A DNA stretch of 64,000 nt from Entomortierella parvispora E1425 (taxonomy: Eukaryota > Fungi > Mortierellomycota): assembly GCA_020891255.1 (NCBI GenBank), contig BQFW01000014.1, positions 62,001 to 126,000 on the forward strand, read 5' to 3'. The position numbers and the translations under genes were made by a program. The first letter of the stretch is position 1. Every line of letters begins with the position of its first letter. The notes beneath the pieces were generated by a model. The model searched no databases. It had not been told where the DNA came from and saw nothing but the letters and a program-made list of their open reading frames with translations. Shown piece after piece: positions 25,588-38,700 of this stretch.

Positions 25588-28012
25588 TGTGTTGTGTTCA
25601 GGTTGTGATTTGGGCGGAGGAAGTGCTGTGTGGGGTTCAATAAGGTGCGGTGCGGTTTGTTTGGAGGGAGAAGAGAGACAAGTGGAAAACGTGGAGGAGA
25701 CGGAGAAGAGTGCAGAGAAAAACAGAAAGAAAAAAATGAAAGAGGAAAAGAAGCGATCGCGTTTGGAGAGGCGGCAGTTGGAGGCTGCCTTTTATAAAAA
25801 GGTTGGAGAGGAGGAGATAGGGACTGAATAAAAAAGGGGCCTGTCTCTTGACGGATGAGTGAACGAACGATAGGGAGAGACTGGCCTTGAGAATGGTGTG
25901 ATAGCAACTGAGGATGAGAGTATTGAAATGGAAGGCCCCGATTGAATAGTCGGGCGATTTCAGTCGCAGCAGTGCAAATCACTCATTCGGTGCACAATCC
26001 GTGGCCATCGATTCTCATCGATTGATTGTGTATCAGAGCAAAGTAAATGCAGCCCACGGCCTCGTCCTTGGCCCATGGGCACGGCATGTGTGTCTAATTG
26101 TTTGTTTGACGGACTCACTTCATCGCCAGTCAGCCAGTCAGCCCGTCCTCGATGCTCCATGGCACTTTGATGATGTTTCGAGCCGTCGATTGCAAACAAT
26201 TGCAGCCGTCGTGGCCTGCCTCGCTCTTTGTGTTTGTTCACTCTCCCACACTTTTATTTTCTGTCCACCCCCACCTTTTTTTCTTTAGCCAATTGAGCCC
26301 TCTTTGAATTCTCTTTGTCAACTTCTTTTGTTTTTACTTTACTCGAATAAAAGAAAATAAACATCTGGTACTTGCGGGCTTGCGGCAACGACATTCTTTA
26401 CTCTCCAATTGAATTGGGTATTCAATGTCCGCGCGTATCTCCCAAAACAGTTCTCCAAACAGATGTGCACATAGTCCGACAGACCGGCTGCCCCGACCAC
26501 AAAGAATGATGCCCTCGAGAAGGAAAGTCTGACCACCGTTGGCCCATTCAGAGCCGCGCCCGTCCCTCCACGTTGTTCTCTGTGTTGTGTGGCAAAGATG
26601 ACTAAATTTTTCACCCTATTTAATCAAGCTTACAGACTGGCTTCAACTGCAATCTTCTTGGGAATCACAAGAATGTAGCCGGCAAGAGCGAGCCAGGGCT
26701 AGTCCGGCTTGGCGATCGAGAGACCGATAGGTAAAGAGCACTGACTGGAATGATCTCATGAAATGGATGAATTGGCATCATCCAAAGTGAACGGTCTCTT
26801 CTCTTGTGGAGCACAACCGAGCGGAGCGGACCTCAAATGAACCAGGAACATTAAAACCTCGAATAGATTGTATTTCCAGCTGCGAAGGGAGAGTAAAAAA
26901 GTTGGAATAGCTGACAGAGCTGCGGCCCTATCTCGATGGCATGTGAAAGGCCAGGGGCAGGACAATGTGGAGAGGCAAGACCTTCCAATTGCCTATTACG
27001 AACCAACTTTGCAAAGCAAACGGATGCGGTCCAGCATGCTAAAGCCAGCGAAGCAAGTCTTGCACTTTTGATGGAAACCGGAGAGGTAGTTGCTTGCTTG
27101 GCCTGATTGCCAGCAGCGCTCTCTTCGTTCTTTCACTCCGTCTGAACCTGTCGTTTTAGAATTTATTAGCTTTCGATCATCATGTTTGCAACCCGTCGGT
27201 GTGTATGTCGGCCATGTCGGATCGTGGGTCAATTATGACAAAATACGAATAAAGGTCCTGAAGGAGTCGCACCGTTCCACGAACGATCAGTGTGGGAAAT
27301 GGCGAGTTGGCCTAGTCTCCATCACTTTTCTACAACACAACGAGCTCAGCAACCCACCACCAGTGTAGGCGTCTGCTGAACGAGAAAAGAAGAGAAGATA
27401 ATCTGCCCGTTTGATCCACACTGCAGTTTCACTCTTCCACACGTACTGCACTGCCATCAACATGGCCCAGAGGGATTGGACAGGGCACATTCGGGACAGG
27501 GCCAAAGGAGAATCGCGAGTTATTCCCCAACCCTTCTAAAAAAAAATGGAGACCTCGGGCCACTCCACAACCCTCAATTGAGGAATTGCGATAGATGCAC
27601 GCAGCGCGCCTTGAAAGTCGAGCCGGGTCCTCCTAAATCACAGGTGATTGAACGGACAGGATCCACTTGATTGTAACGATGACACCCGCTACTGGTCGTA
27701 TGTTTTTTCAACTCCATATTTGTCGGGATAACGGACAGCCTTGGGAACGGCTTGTGTCGGGAACAAACAACAACACAAACAGGAAACTTGAAGGACAAAC
27801 GCGTCTTTTTGAGGGAGGAAGAGGTTTTTTTTAGGTCCACTTTCTAATTGCTGAAATGACGGAACCCGATGGTCATTCTTCCGTCTCTCTCCTATGTTTG
27901 CTGGAGTGGCTCCCGTTTTCGTCTCGCAAGGGACACCCAGGAGCACTGGAATAGCAAAGAAAATGGTTGTTGGTGCTTCAAACCCACATCCTATTCCCCA
28001 ACAACCTCTGTG

Positions 28013-28041
<29 letters not shown>
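28013..28041. repeat. (CA)n microsatellite
   Basis: Uninterrupted CA run of about 14 units. Confidence 0.9.
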
Positions 28042-28044
<3 letters not shown>

Positions 28045-29706
28045 CTCTTCTCCATCCTTTCATTCTGCAGACGCATAGGTCCCACGAAGAACGCACAAGC
28101 CAAGACAAGGGGCAGGGCCGCGAGTAAAGTTGGTTCCTCGGGAGTTTTTTTTTTTTTTTTACGCCTTTGACGCCTTGGGATGTTTCTTATCTCTCGGTAG
28201 GCCCTTCTACGGAACACGACCAATGGACTGAAGTAGGGGTACGGAAAGGGAACCGGGCCATCCTCGAGGAGCACCAAGACAATCTCATGAGTAACTATCT
28301 TTTTCACTGCCCTCATGAATAAAACTCTTCTGAAAAAGAATATTCAGGTACGGCTGCAAGCATGGTTTGGCAGATGAGAAAGAAAAAAAAAGAGATAAAA
28401 AGTTAGAGATGTAGATGGAAAGTGCAGGGGGGACACGAAAAGGAAAGCACAGCTGACAGACGAAACAGATGAGCCATCGGGTCTGCGCGTTTTTTATCTT
28501 GCATTGAGCAATTGTGGAGTCATGTTCCTCCCCTTCCCCTGTCTGTCCAGACAAACCCTGACTCTCCCTCCTCCTCCTGGCCCCTTCATCGCATCTGTTT
28601 GTGGGGAACTTTTTCTCTCTTTCTCCATCTGCAGGACACATTTGTTTCCTCGAGAGGCGAGTAGGGATAGGGGTTGAGGTAGAGGCACAATGGATGAACA
28701 TTCTTTTTTTTTTTTTTTTTTTCGTTTTGGTGTCTATCCTTGGACGGGAGGCGGGACAAAAACGCCCTTTTTGTTTCGAGCGAATAAAAAGCTCAAGGCA
28801 CCATCGGGCAGGTCGATGAACAAATTTCGTTCGCCCATGTCGTTCGACCCTTTTTGTTTTGCTGCGTGGCACCTACCTTCACCTAAAAGAAAGAAACAAA
28901 TGCTGAGCGCACTGCATGGTCCCCCTCTGTTTCTCTTTCACGTCCAGTTTTTGATGGCTTGCATCGCTCCTTTCTTCCCTCCCCTCCCACCCCTCCACAC
29001 ACACAAACACATTGGCCACCCAAACAGCCGAACGCGCGAACGTTCAGGGGTCCTTGTGTGGATGGATTGAACAACTGGGTGATTGGGAAAACTGGAAGGT
29101 TTTTTTTTTTTTTTGGTTTTTGTTGGTTTTTTAGTCGAAGTCAGGTCAGGGGTGGAGGAGGAAGGCGGAGGTCAAAGTGTTTATCAGTCGCAGAACTGGG
29201 CTGGGCTGCTGCGTCTTTTTTTGATCGTTCGGATCTTCCTCCACGGTCAACACGATCTCGAGATAGTGGAGCAACAAATAAAAGTGTCTTCTGTTTAGGC
29301 ATGACGCCTTTGTGCGTCCCTCCTTGGTCGGTTCAAAGCACATGGGCAACTACTGGCAGCGACCACATCGAAATCCCCCCCTGCCTTTGAGTTTGAGGTC
29401 AATTTCGCCATACCAAAAAAAGACGCTGTAGTCATCCTGCCAACTGATGTGCCAGAGAACAAAAGGATGATTCTCTCAATGGGGCACGCGTTGTGTTGAA
29501 CAAGATATGATGTGGCTAGTTCGACGACAGGTTGATATCAATTGCTTTATTCGAATGCTGGTGAATGGGACGACAAGAAAAGCAAAATGGGAATAGTTTT
29601 CAGTGATGGGACGATGCGAAAAGAGTGAAATTTAACATAGGAGGGGATGAGATGCAGGCAATAATAATAAAAATACGGCGAGAAACAGAAAACAATAAGA
29701 GATCGT

Positions 29707-32700
29707 CTATGTTCCGTAGCTGGCGCGGTAGTAGCTTGGTGGCAGAGTCGACAAGATCTTGACAAATGGAAGCTCCACGGCCACCATCGAGTTATCGCCA
29801 ACAAAGTCAACAAAGAGCAAAGGCTGGAACTTGTGCAAGAGCAAAAAGTTGGCCTCCTCCTCTTCCTTTTGTGTTCCTGCCTCGTGCGCTGCTGCCGTTA
29901 CCACCTTGCGAGACTTGTTGCCATTTAATACGACCACGGCCTTGCCAGTCTCGAGTTCGGGCATGGGCTCAATGCCAAGAGCAGCGTACTTCTTTAACCG
30001 CCTCTCCTGAGCCTGTTTGCGGAGCAACTCCTGTGCCTTGTCAACGCGTTTCCTCTTTCCAACGTTCAAGATCGCGTCGACATCACCAGCGCCCTTCTCC
30101 AAATCCACGTGGCAGATATAAGTAGCGCCCCACACCAAAAGTGTGTTCTTGCGTGCAGGGTTGAATGCAACACCAAGAATCTTGTCCTTGAGGTCCAAGA
30201 ACTTTTTAGGGAAGCGCTTGTCTGAGGAATACTCACGAGACCAGTCTGTCAAGCGACGGGTTTCGACGTTGAAGAGATAGAAAACATTGTTCGCGGTTGG
30301 AATGACCAATGTTGGCGAGTAAGGGTGGAAATGGAGTCCAGTCAGAGGAGAGTCAAACTTAGGAAGGGTAGCATGGAGCTATTCAAAGATAAAAGTCGCG
30401 TTAGATATCTTCAATGTCATACTGTCATTCTTCCAAGTGTAGAGTCCAAAGAGCTTCTATACCTGAAGAGTGTCGAGGTTGAACACAAAGATTCCGTTCT
30501 TCAAATCACCGGTAGCCAGCCACAAGCCATCGGCAGAGACTGTCATAGAGACGATTGTTTCAGCATGTCCGCCTCCAACAAGGTCCTCCTCCTCATCAAT
30601 GTCCATCTCGTTATCCTTGGAGATCTTTCTGGAGCCTCGGTGCTGACCGAATTGTCGGAGGATATCAAACTTGCCAGTCTCCCACTTTGAAAGATCCATG
30701 ACAATCACGCGCGAATCCGTGGAAGCGACAATGAGGCGAGCACCATCAGGGGTGAAGGTCAAGCAGTGAGCTCCGGTACCACGAACGCCTGGGAACGACT
30801 TTTGTTTCTTGACTGTCAGCTGTCCAGGGTGAGTAGTCTAGATATGGTGGCAAGGAATGCAATGTCAGTGGGATTTGACAACAGGAAGTGCAGAGTATTA
30901 AACGGCCACTCCGCAGAAGCAAACTTACACTCTCATCGATACGGAAGAGCTTGACCTCCTCAATAGTGGCAACAGAAATCCAGTGACCATCCTCTGAAAT
31001 TGCACTGGCTGTCAGGTTATGGTCATCCTTGAAAGTCATGTCCAAGATGGCTTGATGAGGCTCGATCAGATCCATATGAGCTCCAATTTCGAGATCAGAA
31101 AATGGTTGGGTGGGTGCAGCAGCTAGATGAGGTTGAACAAATATTAATACAAAATCAAAAGAACATTGACCTTTGAGTTACCACAGGCATTCAACCTACA
31201 TTTTCCAAGACGCCAGACCTTGACACCATGTTCCTGTCTGCAAAGCATGAGGCGCTTGGATTTGCTGATAGAAACAACAGGTCTCTGAGGAACGTGAGGC
31301 AAGCGGTGCTGGTTGATATCGGGGAAGGGGGTGGCGGCGCACACGACCATCGAGACGTCCACACCTCCAGAAACAAGGGTATCCACGCCTCTAGACTGCT
31401 CCAGTGCCAAAGCTCGAACATCATGAGAGTGGAATACTCTAGATCCAGCAAGAACCCACTTGTTGGTCATTCCAGACTTTCCATTGGTCTTGGCGCCCTT
31501 CTTGCCAGCCTTGTTGAGCGTTGGCTGGTTAACAAGGCGGTACTGGTTGCACTTGCGATCAACTCCTGATGAAAACACGGAAGTACCGTCCTGTGGATAT
31601 AGAAATTATGGTGTTAACACGCATCCTCAAAATACCAACCCACCAAAGGCGACATGAGCAGAGATACTTACACGTCCAACAGCCAAACAAAGGACATCGG
31701 CACCATGAGAGTTGAACGACTGGGTCATAGTCAAAGTGGTAGCATCCCAAAACTTGACGTGTCCGAGAGAATCTCCACTGACCATGTCTCCATTGGGCAG
31801 GACCTTGACAGCCCAAACCAGAGTGTCCTCGCCTGCAACACGATCAACAGTCATACGCTGGACAACACGACCAAGCTCCACATTCCACTTGTACATGCTG
31901 CTGTTGGCTGATCCTGTCACCATAGACTTGTCATCGGGGGACCATGCCAAGGATAAAATTCTCGCTAAAAAAACAGAAAGGAAAAGCATGAGCAACAAGT
32001 CTACAGTGAAAGCTAGATCCATATCTGCAAGTTTTCTGAATGCATTGGAGAGTCACATACTCTTTTGCTTGTCAAAGGAGCGAAGGAAGGTCAACTCCCC
32101 ATCAGCAATATCAAAAAGTCTGAGGCAGCCGTCTTCACATCCAACGGCGAGGATGGTATTTGCGTGGTTAGTGGCCATGCACCAAACAGCTCCTCCATGA
32201 GAATCGACCGAGCGCTAGTCAGCATCAAAAGAAAAGAAGGAACAGCATCGTCAGTCCATACAGTCCGTTATCACTCATGATGGCAATGGTCCTTGTGCGC
32301 CCGCCTAAATACCTTGGGCTTCAAGGAAGTAGTATCCCATTCAGTCACGACGGCATTCAATCCAGCCGAGAACAAACGGGGGGGTGCCTTTGTCAGTGTT
32401 TTGAGGGCAGCCTGCTTCTCTGCTGGGGAATCCCAAAAGTCCTCATCCTCCGTCAAGGTTGTCTGGTGGGCCCAAGCAAGGGCTTCGACCGAGGTATTCT
32501 TTCCTCCTGGGATGATCTATCAAAGGGGATCAACAGCATATTGGTGATTAGGACATATCCAGCAAGATCCGGACCATGGGTTCGATAGTAAAAAGGCAAC
32601 GCGGGGTATACCTTTTCTACAGTCCAGTCGTTCTTTGGGTTCCAGAGCTCAATGTCTCCGTTCGCCCTGCCGCAGGCCAGGATGGGGCGGGTCGAGGTAG

Positions 32701-32767
32701 GCGTAAAGGTGAGGGCATTGATGGCCGCAGGCACGTAGTCGACAAACCGGCACCTGTGGACTTCCAT
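29707..32767 (-). CDS. UTP4: U3 snoRNA-associated WD40 protein Utp4/cirhin (SSU processome), multi-exon
   Basis: MEVHRCRFVDYVPAAINALTF...LACGRANGDIELWN; RLFSAGLNAVVTEWD; DMVSGDSLGHVKFWD; SHGADVLCLAV; HSHDVRALA; LVSGGVDVSMVV; C-terminal FQPLLFVDF...VAVELPFVKILSTLPPSYYRASYGT. Confidence 0.93.
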
Positions 32768-33005
32768 GGCGTGCGAGGTATGTGGTGAAGAGGATGGGGC
32801 GGATGCAGTCGAGAGGATGAGCCGACTCGAAGGGAAAGGGGGATGCAGAAGGAAAGGAGGAAGAGACGAGGGGATGGACAGGCGGACGAATGAGCGAATG
32901 AACGAATGAATGAATGCAATGGGTCGTTCGGTTTTTTTTTTTTGTTTCTTTGCTCAAAGGAGACCTCTGAGGGGAAAAAAAAGAAAAAAGGTAAACACAC
33001 GGAGT

Positions 33006-33038
33006 CACGTGTGGCAGTCACGAACAATGGTTCACGTG
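33006..33038. promoter_or_regulatory. Pair of TCACGTG E-boxes in the UTP4 promoter
   Basis: CACGTG at 33006-33011 and 33033-33038, plus a half-site GTCACG between them; about 240-270 bp upstream of the UTP4 ATG. Confidence 0.4.
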
Positions 33039-35761
33039 ATGTATTGGCGCCACCAATATTTGTTTCTTGGTTCCTTTTTCAAGGCTGCCTGGTGCGTGCG
33101 CAGGTGCTTGTCTTCCTCGTCTTCTCACTAGATAAGCGAGAGAGAGAATCTGTCCTAGGAGGCAAGACTGCACAAACAAAAAAACAAAGGAGGCACGAAA
33201 GCACCTGTCTTGACCACAACGAGCATCAACATCAACAAAAGTGGCTACGCCAAAGCCGCAATCAAGTGCAAAAGAGTCGATGATAGAAAACAGCCACGCC
33301 GTGCATGGGAAAGAGATGTGGGGTAACACCATCGGGAGGGGGGGGGTGGAAATAATAGCAGCACAAGACACGAGCCAAAAGAACAACAACTGCACTTTGG
33401 CCTGTTTCTAGACACGCGTTTGGAGTCGAAACAGGAGTCCAGCAAAAAAATCTAGAGCTCGGATCGGTCTTCTCTTGGAAGCATGCATCCCATGACTTCC
33501 TGTAGTCTTTGCAGCTGAAGAATGAAGGCTGAAAGAGAGCCCAAAGGAGGGAGGAAGGAAACAAAGGTCAAGAGAACAATCGGTCCGCTCTGCAAGATTC
33601 TTGGACTCCGATCCGGCATGGTCTTCCCCCAAAGATCGGCCCAAGGGCCTCGATGGAACAAGCTGGAATAAAAAAAACACGAATAAAAACAAGGTTTTTT
33701 TTCCCGACATTTTTGGATTTCAAAATTCAAAGAGCTGGGCTGAGAAAGCTCTTCCCATTTTTCAGTCCCTCCTATGTATCGCATCGCAATTGTGGAGCGA
33801 TACCCGTGCTATATTGATACTTTAAAGTTGAGTCTCTAACAACCGTGAGCGGGGGGTGCATGGAGAGGGGACCACGTTTTGACCAACAATAGCCACAAAC
33901 AGCCGAACAAAACTTTCGTCGTTATTCTGCAAGACGAGCAATCACTCCAGCAGCAGCTCTTGTTTGCATTCAAAAAAAAAAATCACTCCACTCGTTCTCC
34001 TCATCTTGTCCCGCAGCGGACAGGACTCGACTGTTGTGACCCACGAAACGAGATGATGCATGCAATAAAACAGAGACCCGCGAGATCGAGAGCGCCAACG
34101 ACTCTACCCCACTTTGAGATGGACGAGCATGCTATCGAGCTGAGTTTTGTTTTCTTCCTTGGCCAAAACCGAGAAGGGTGTGTCACCTACCTAAGCATTG
34201 GACTTGGTCTGTTGATTTCTGGCAGATAAGCGTTCCAGGTCGACGATGACGAACAGGATCCTCTCTTTCTCTGACGAGGGTTCACCCAATTTATTGATCA
34301 TGGTACCTCCGCCGATGTTTTCCTTGCCCAGGTTTTGAAGTTACCGGTATCTGATAACTGGCTTGTGATAAGGGACGTTGGAGGGGCGATACAAGAATGA
34401 CGAAAAAAAGGACCCTTGTGGTGCTAAGTTCTACGCTCCGCGCAGTGGACTGAGCTGAGGGTGCCTATCAACCCACGCGCCAATTGATTCAGTTGCCTGC
34501 AACTCCGCTCTATCTCGGTCAACAAGGGAGAGGCTTTTCTTTTCTTGGAAAACGTCCTCAAGGATAACAGCAAGATGATAACAAAAAAAGGGCCGCTTGG
34601 CTTCAGAGTCAGGGCAGAGGGGGAGGGTTCGGAAAAGTCCTCACTTTGGGGGAGGGAGGTGTAGACTACTAGGTGTACTATAGAGTCAGCTCCTGAGCAA
34701 GTCGCGTAACGGCTCTCGCCTTGCTCTTTTTCTTTCCCGTCTGCAAACCGCTGCCGTAGTCGATGATCGAACAAGAATAAAAGACAGGTCCAACCCATCT
34801 CGGTAGCCATCGGAGCAAGGCGGGATGCAATGGCTCAAAGACAAACGACCCGATCCTAACCGACAGGGCGTTCCTTCCACGTTTGTTGTAACACATCGTC
34901 CGCATTTCAGCTGAGCTGCACAAACATACAAAGAGGAACACAAAGATTGAGGAGAGAAAAGAATAAAAACACTGAATAGACCCGTTACAATTGCATAGCA
35001 GATGTTCAATGGGGTTTGCCCAGACAGAGCGTGTTTGTGCCAGTGCACGCCTCTCGACAATTGAGAGCGCGGAACAAATTCGCCATCCTGCCTCGGCATT
35101 ATCAATTGATTTCTTCTTTGTTGAGCAAGAAAACAAATTGGCGGTCGGCCCACTTTTTTTTTTTGACCCTCTTCCTCGCTGCGTGGAAATGATGTAAAGA
35201 TCGTCACCCATTGAGCCATGCGAGAAACACGGATGGAAAGAATCACTCCCTTCCCTCTTTTTTTAACGTTTTCATGATGACGGATCGACTATTAAAGAAG
35301 TAAAGCAGAGCAGCGCGCGCGGATGAGAAACTGGCATGTGAAGACAGATGCCTTGATATTTTGGTTTTTTTGTGGAGAGAGTTGGTTTTTTTTTTTTCAA
35401 ACTGCTGCATTTTCACATGCGCACGTTGTAGAGTGAGATGCAGGGACCACCTCCAAAACCTCCGGCCATTGTATTAAAGTCGCTTAATCATCGTCATCGT
35501 AACATCACACACATAGGAACCAACCATCCAAAGCAGGCCACTGTGCCTTAACTCTCTTGAGACAAACCATGTATCCAGAGACAGATGAGTAATGGAAAGC
35601 GGGTGGATCACTGTAGAGCGCGTTTGTGCTGCACTTGGTATACCATAAACGCGTGACCATGCCCGACACTTCTTTAGAAGGCCAGCCAGAACCACGTTTA
35701 TTGTAAAAAAAATAAAATTAAAAAAAAAATGAAGGGGAAGAGGGTGCGGTGCTAGACTTTG

Positions 35762-38700
35762 TCAAATCAATGAGCCGTCGTCATAGTCGTCCTCAGCTGC
35801 CTCTTCCTGCTCCAGAAATGCGCCCATGTGTCCATGAGCACCAGAGGGCCTAGATCGTCTAGGCCCAAGGATATTGTCGGAACGGCCACTCGACAAGATG
35901 CTGGCAGACCGGGCAGCCTCATTCGCTGCTGCATCTTCCTGGAACTCAGGGTCATCGCCGTCTTCCAGTAAAAAGTCATCATCCAGTGGAAAGACTGCGC
36001 CTTGAGGCAAAGTTGATCCCTGGGGCTTCTTGGCCGAGGGAGCACCAGAAGACAAGTGATCGCGGCCCTTTGGTCCGTGCCCAATAAAGACGGATGCGCT
36101 TCCTGGCATATCCACCTCGTTGTCACCGTCGGGTGAAAACATCATAAGAGTGCTTTGTCCCATAGGATGGATTTGGCCGTTTACGGGAAGGTGTGGGTGA
36201 AGTCGCTCCTGCGGCATCTTGGGCGTTGCCCTCGCAGGTGATGATTGCACTGATAGTCGGTGAGATGAAGCTGGACCTTTCGATGATCCCGATTCCCCAA
36301 AGGGGGGCGCAAAAGGAGCCGTTGAGGATGAGGGGGTATTGATATGGGCACCTGTCTTTGTATGTCCATTTGTCGAACTGGACCCAGAGAGTGTTCCTGG
36401 CCTCATTTTAGCTCCTTGGTCGCCAGGGGGTGTCGAGAGAAAATTGTGCTGCTGATAGTGGGGTGAAGGGTTGAAGGTGCTGAATGAAGTTGATTTCGGG
36501 CTCCCAGAGGCATTACCGAGACTGATCAGATAGGCATCTTCAAACGAAAGAGTAGCGGCTATTTCATTTCACAAACGAAAACGAGAGAAGGCGAGATCAG
36601 TGCTTTTGATCTATCCATTCGAGGCAGAATCTCCACTAAAGCAAAAACTCACCTCTCAGGGATGACGGACTGACGCTGCCAACTGAAGGTGACATTCGGC
36701 TCGGATTGATTGGACTGCTGGAGTGAAGGTATGACTTCATGGCTGAGGACAGATTCTCTGAAAGGTCCTCAGCGTCACCATCATGGCTCTCAACTCTTCC
36801 GTGCCCACGAACGCCACCGCCATCGGCAGATACTGCAATGCCTGATATCCAAGGCTTAATAGCGCCTTGTGTCTTCTTGGATGAATCCGTAGTGGGTCGA
36901 CCATCCTTTCCTGCGACTATGGCAACCCCGCGTCGTAGATTTAAAGTCCTTGTCTGTGGCAATGTCCCCTCCACAAACTGCTGACGAATGGAATCCAAAG
37001 GGTCCACGTAGGTTTGGAATGAAAACTGTGGTGACTTCCACAGCAAGTGCTGAGGCTGAGTCAAGGTCACCGTTGTGGAATGAGATCCTTGAGAAGCAAG
37101 AGTCTGGTTTAGAAGCGGATACTGGCCCTTCCAACCAGAATGCATACCATTATCATAAGTGGAAATTTCAGCGTGCGCGAGCCAGCGCGATCCTGCAACG
37201 CCAGCATTTGTGTGCCTGTTGGGCTTTGCGGACTGTGCCATCTTGGGAGGCGCAAGTGGTCGCTTCACTGTGGCCCAATCTCTTGATCGGTTCAGAGTCC
37301 ACTCTGCCACATCTTCTGGAGCCAGGACTAGATCCGATGTTTCCACCACGCGGCCTATTTTATATCATTGGATTAGCAAGGCAACAGATAACATCAAGGC
37401 TCAAGCACAGAAAAAAACGAACCCAAGCTTTACCGTTAAACGTCTTCTTGCTGCGGACGCTGCTGACCCAGCAGCGATGGAGCGTCAACATTCCGAGAGG
37501 ATTGAACACATACATGTCCGCATAGCTAGGTCCGCGGTCAGGTTCCGAGAGTGTACTTTGTGATGCGAGCTGCTGTTGAACTGCCAACGGTTCTTTGTTC
37601 TCTTCTGTGCTCCGCTGATGACCATCCGTCCCATTGTTGAGGCCATCACCGAGAGACTCTTTAGGGGCATGTGCGTGCTGCTGCTTGGCCTGTCCAAGAT
37701 GACTTTGAGAGCCAGTCCAGCTCATTGTCCGGCTTCGCACAGTCGCCACCGCTCCACGGCGACTTGTCTCTGCTACTAAACCGGGGAGGCTTGCAAGACC
37801 ATTTGCTGCATGTTGGACCACAGCAGCGGCAGGTGGACTGAGTGTCTGCCAAAGGTGAGACGCAGTCGATTGAAGTCTCGCTGCAGTGCTGACGGGAGGC
37901 GCCTTGGATCGATGGATCAACAAATTGCTCGAGTGCTGGGCGCCGCCGTTTTCCCGGCCGATATGATCTGATGACGCCCCAAAGGGACCATCAGCCCCGC
38001 CGTCGTATTCTCCAGGAGAAAGCAAGACATCGTTAGGATCGGATGCAAAAACAGTGGATGACGGAAGGAAATACGCTGCAAGCATAGCCCGCTGTTTGCC
38101 TCCTTGAGAGACTTGGTGAGATTGGTATCGATTGGAGTGGTGATGGCTATGCTCAGAAGCACCAGTGCCGGCTGAGCTGATCGAATCCTGCGAGTTTTGT
38201 CGGAGGAACGCGTTGCGGCGTGGAGATGGAAGATCCACATGGTCCAAGTCATGAGCCGCAGACAAGATGACGTCTGGCACATGGTGTCGCTGTTTGATAC
38301 GGCAAAGTGCACTGAGGCTGGTTGGGTACTCGATTGCTGTGGCAGTCCAATTGACAACTCCCGTGTACATGTGCGCGCCAACATCAGGCGTGCCTCCAAA
38401 AGGGTTGATAGCGTACAAATGAGTCGTTCCTCGGGATGTAGTAACAGCGACCCAAGTCTCATCCTCATTAAAAACAATATCTTCGACACTTGCATGCGTA
38501 ATTCCACGCGCCAACTTGTACAAGTGTCGCGCTCCATGTCCTATTGTGGGTCGGATCTCATGGATATGAAACACATTGCCGTGGCGCGATACCGTAAGAA
38601 GGAGTCTTCCAGAAGGTGAAAATTTGCAGCCTGTGATGGGATGGTCATGCGGTTTGAAATGAGCCACTATTGGCATGTTGGCGAGTGACAAGTCGCGAAT

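Noticed and set aside
34349-34371. ATCTGATAA plus TGATAA as an SreA/Fep1 iron-response element
   Set aside because: About one such 9-mer is expected by chance in this window, and it is not near an iron gene (the reductase is 20 kb away).
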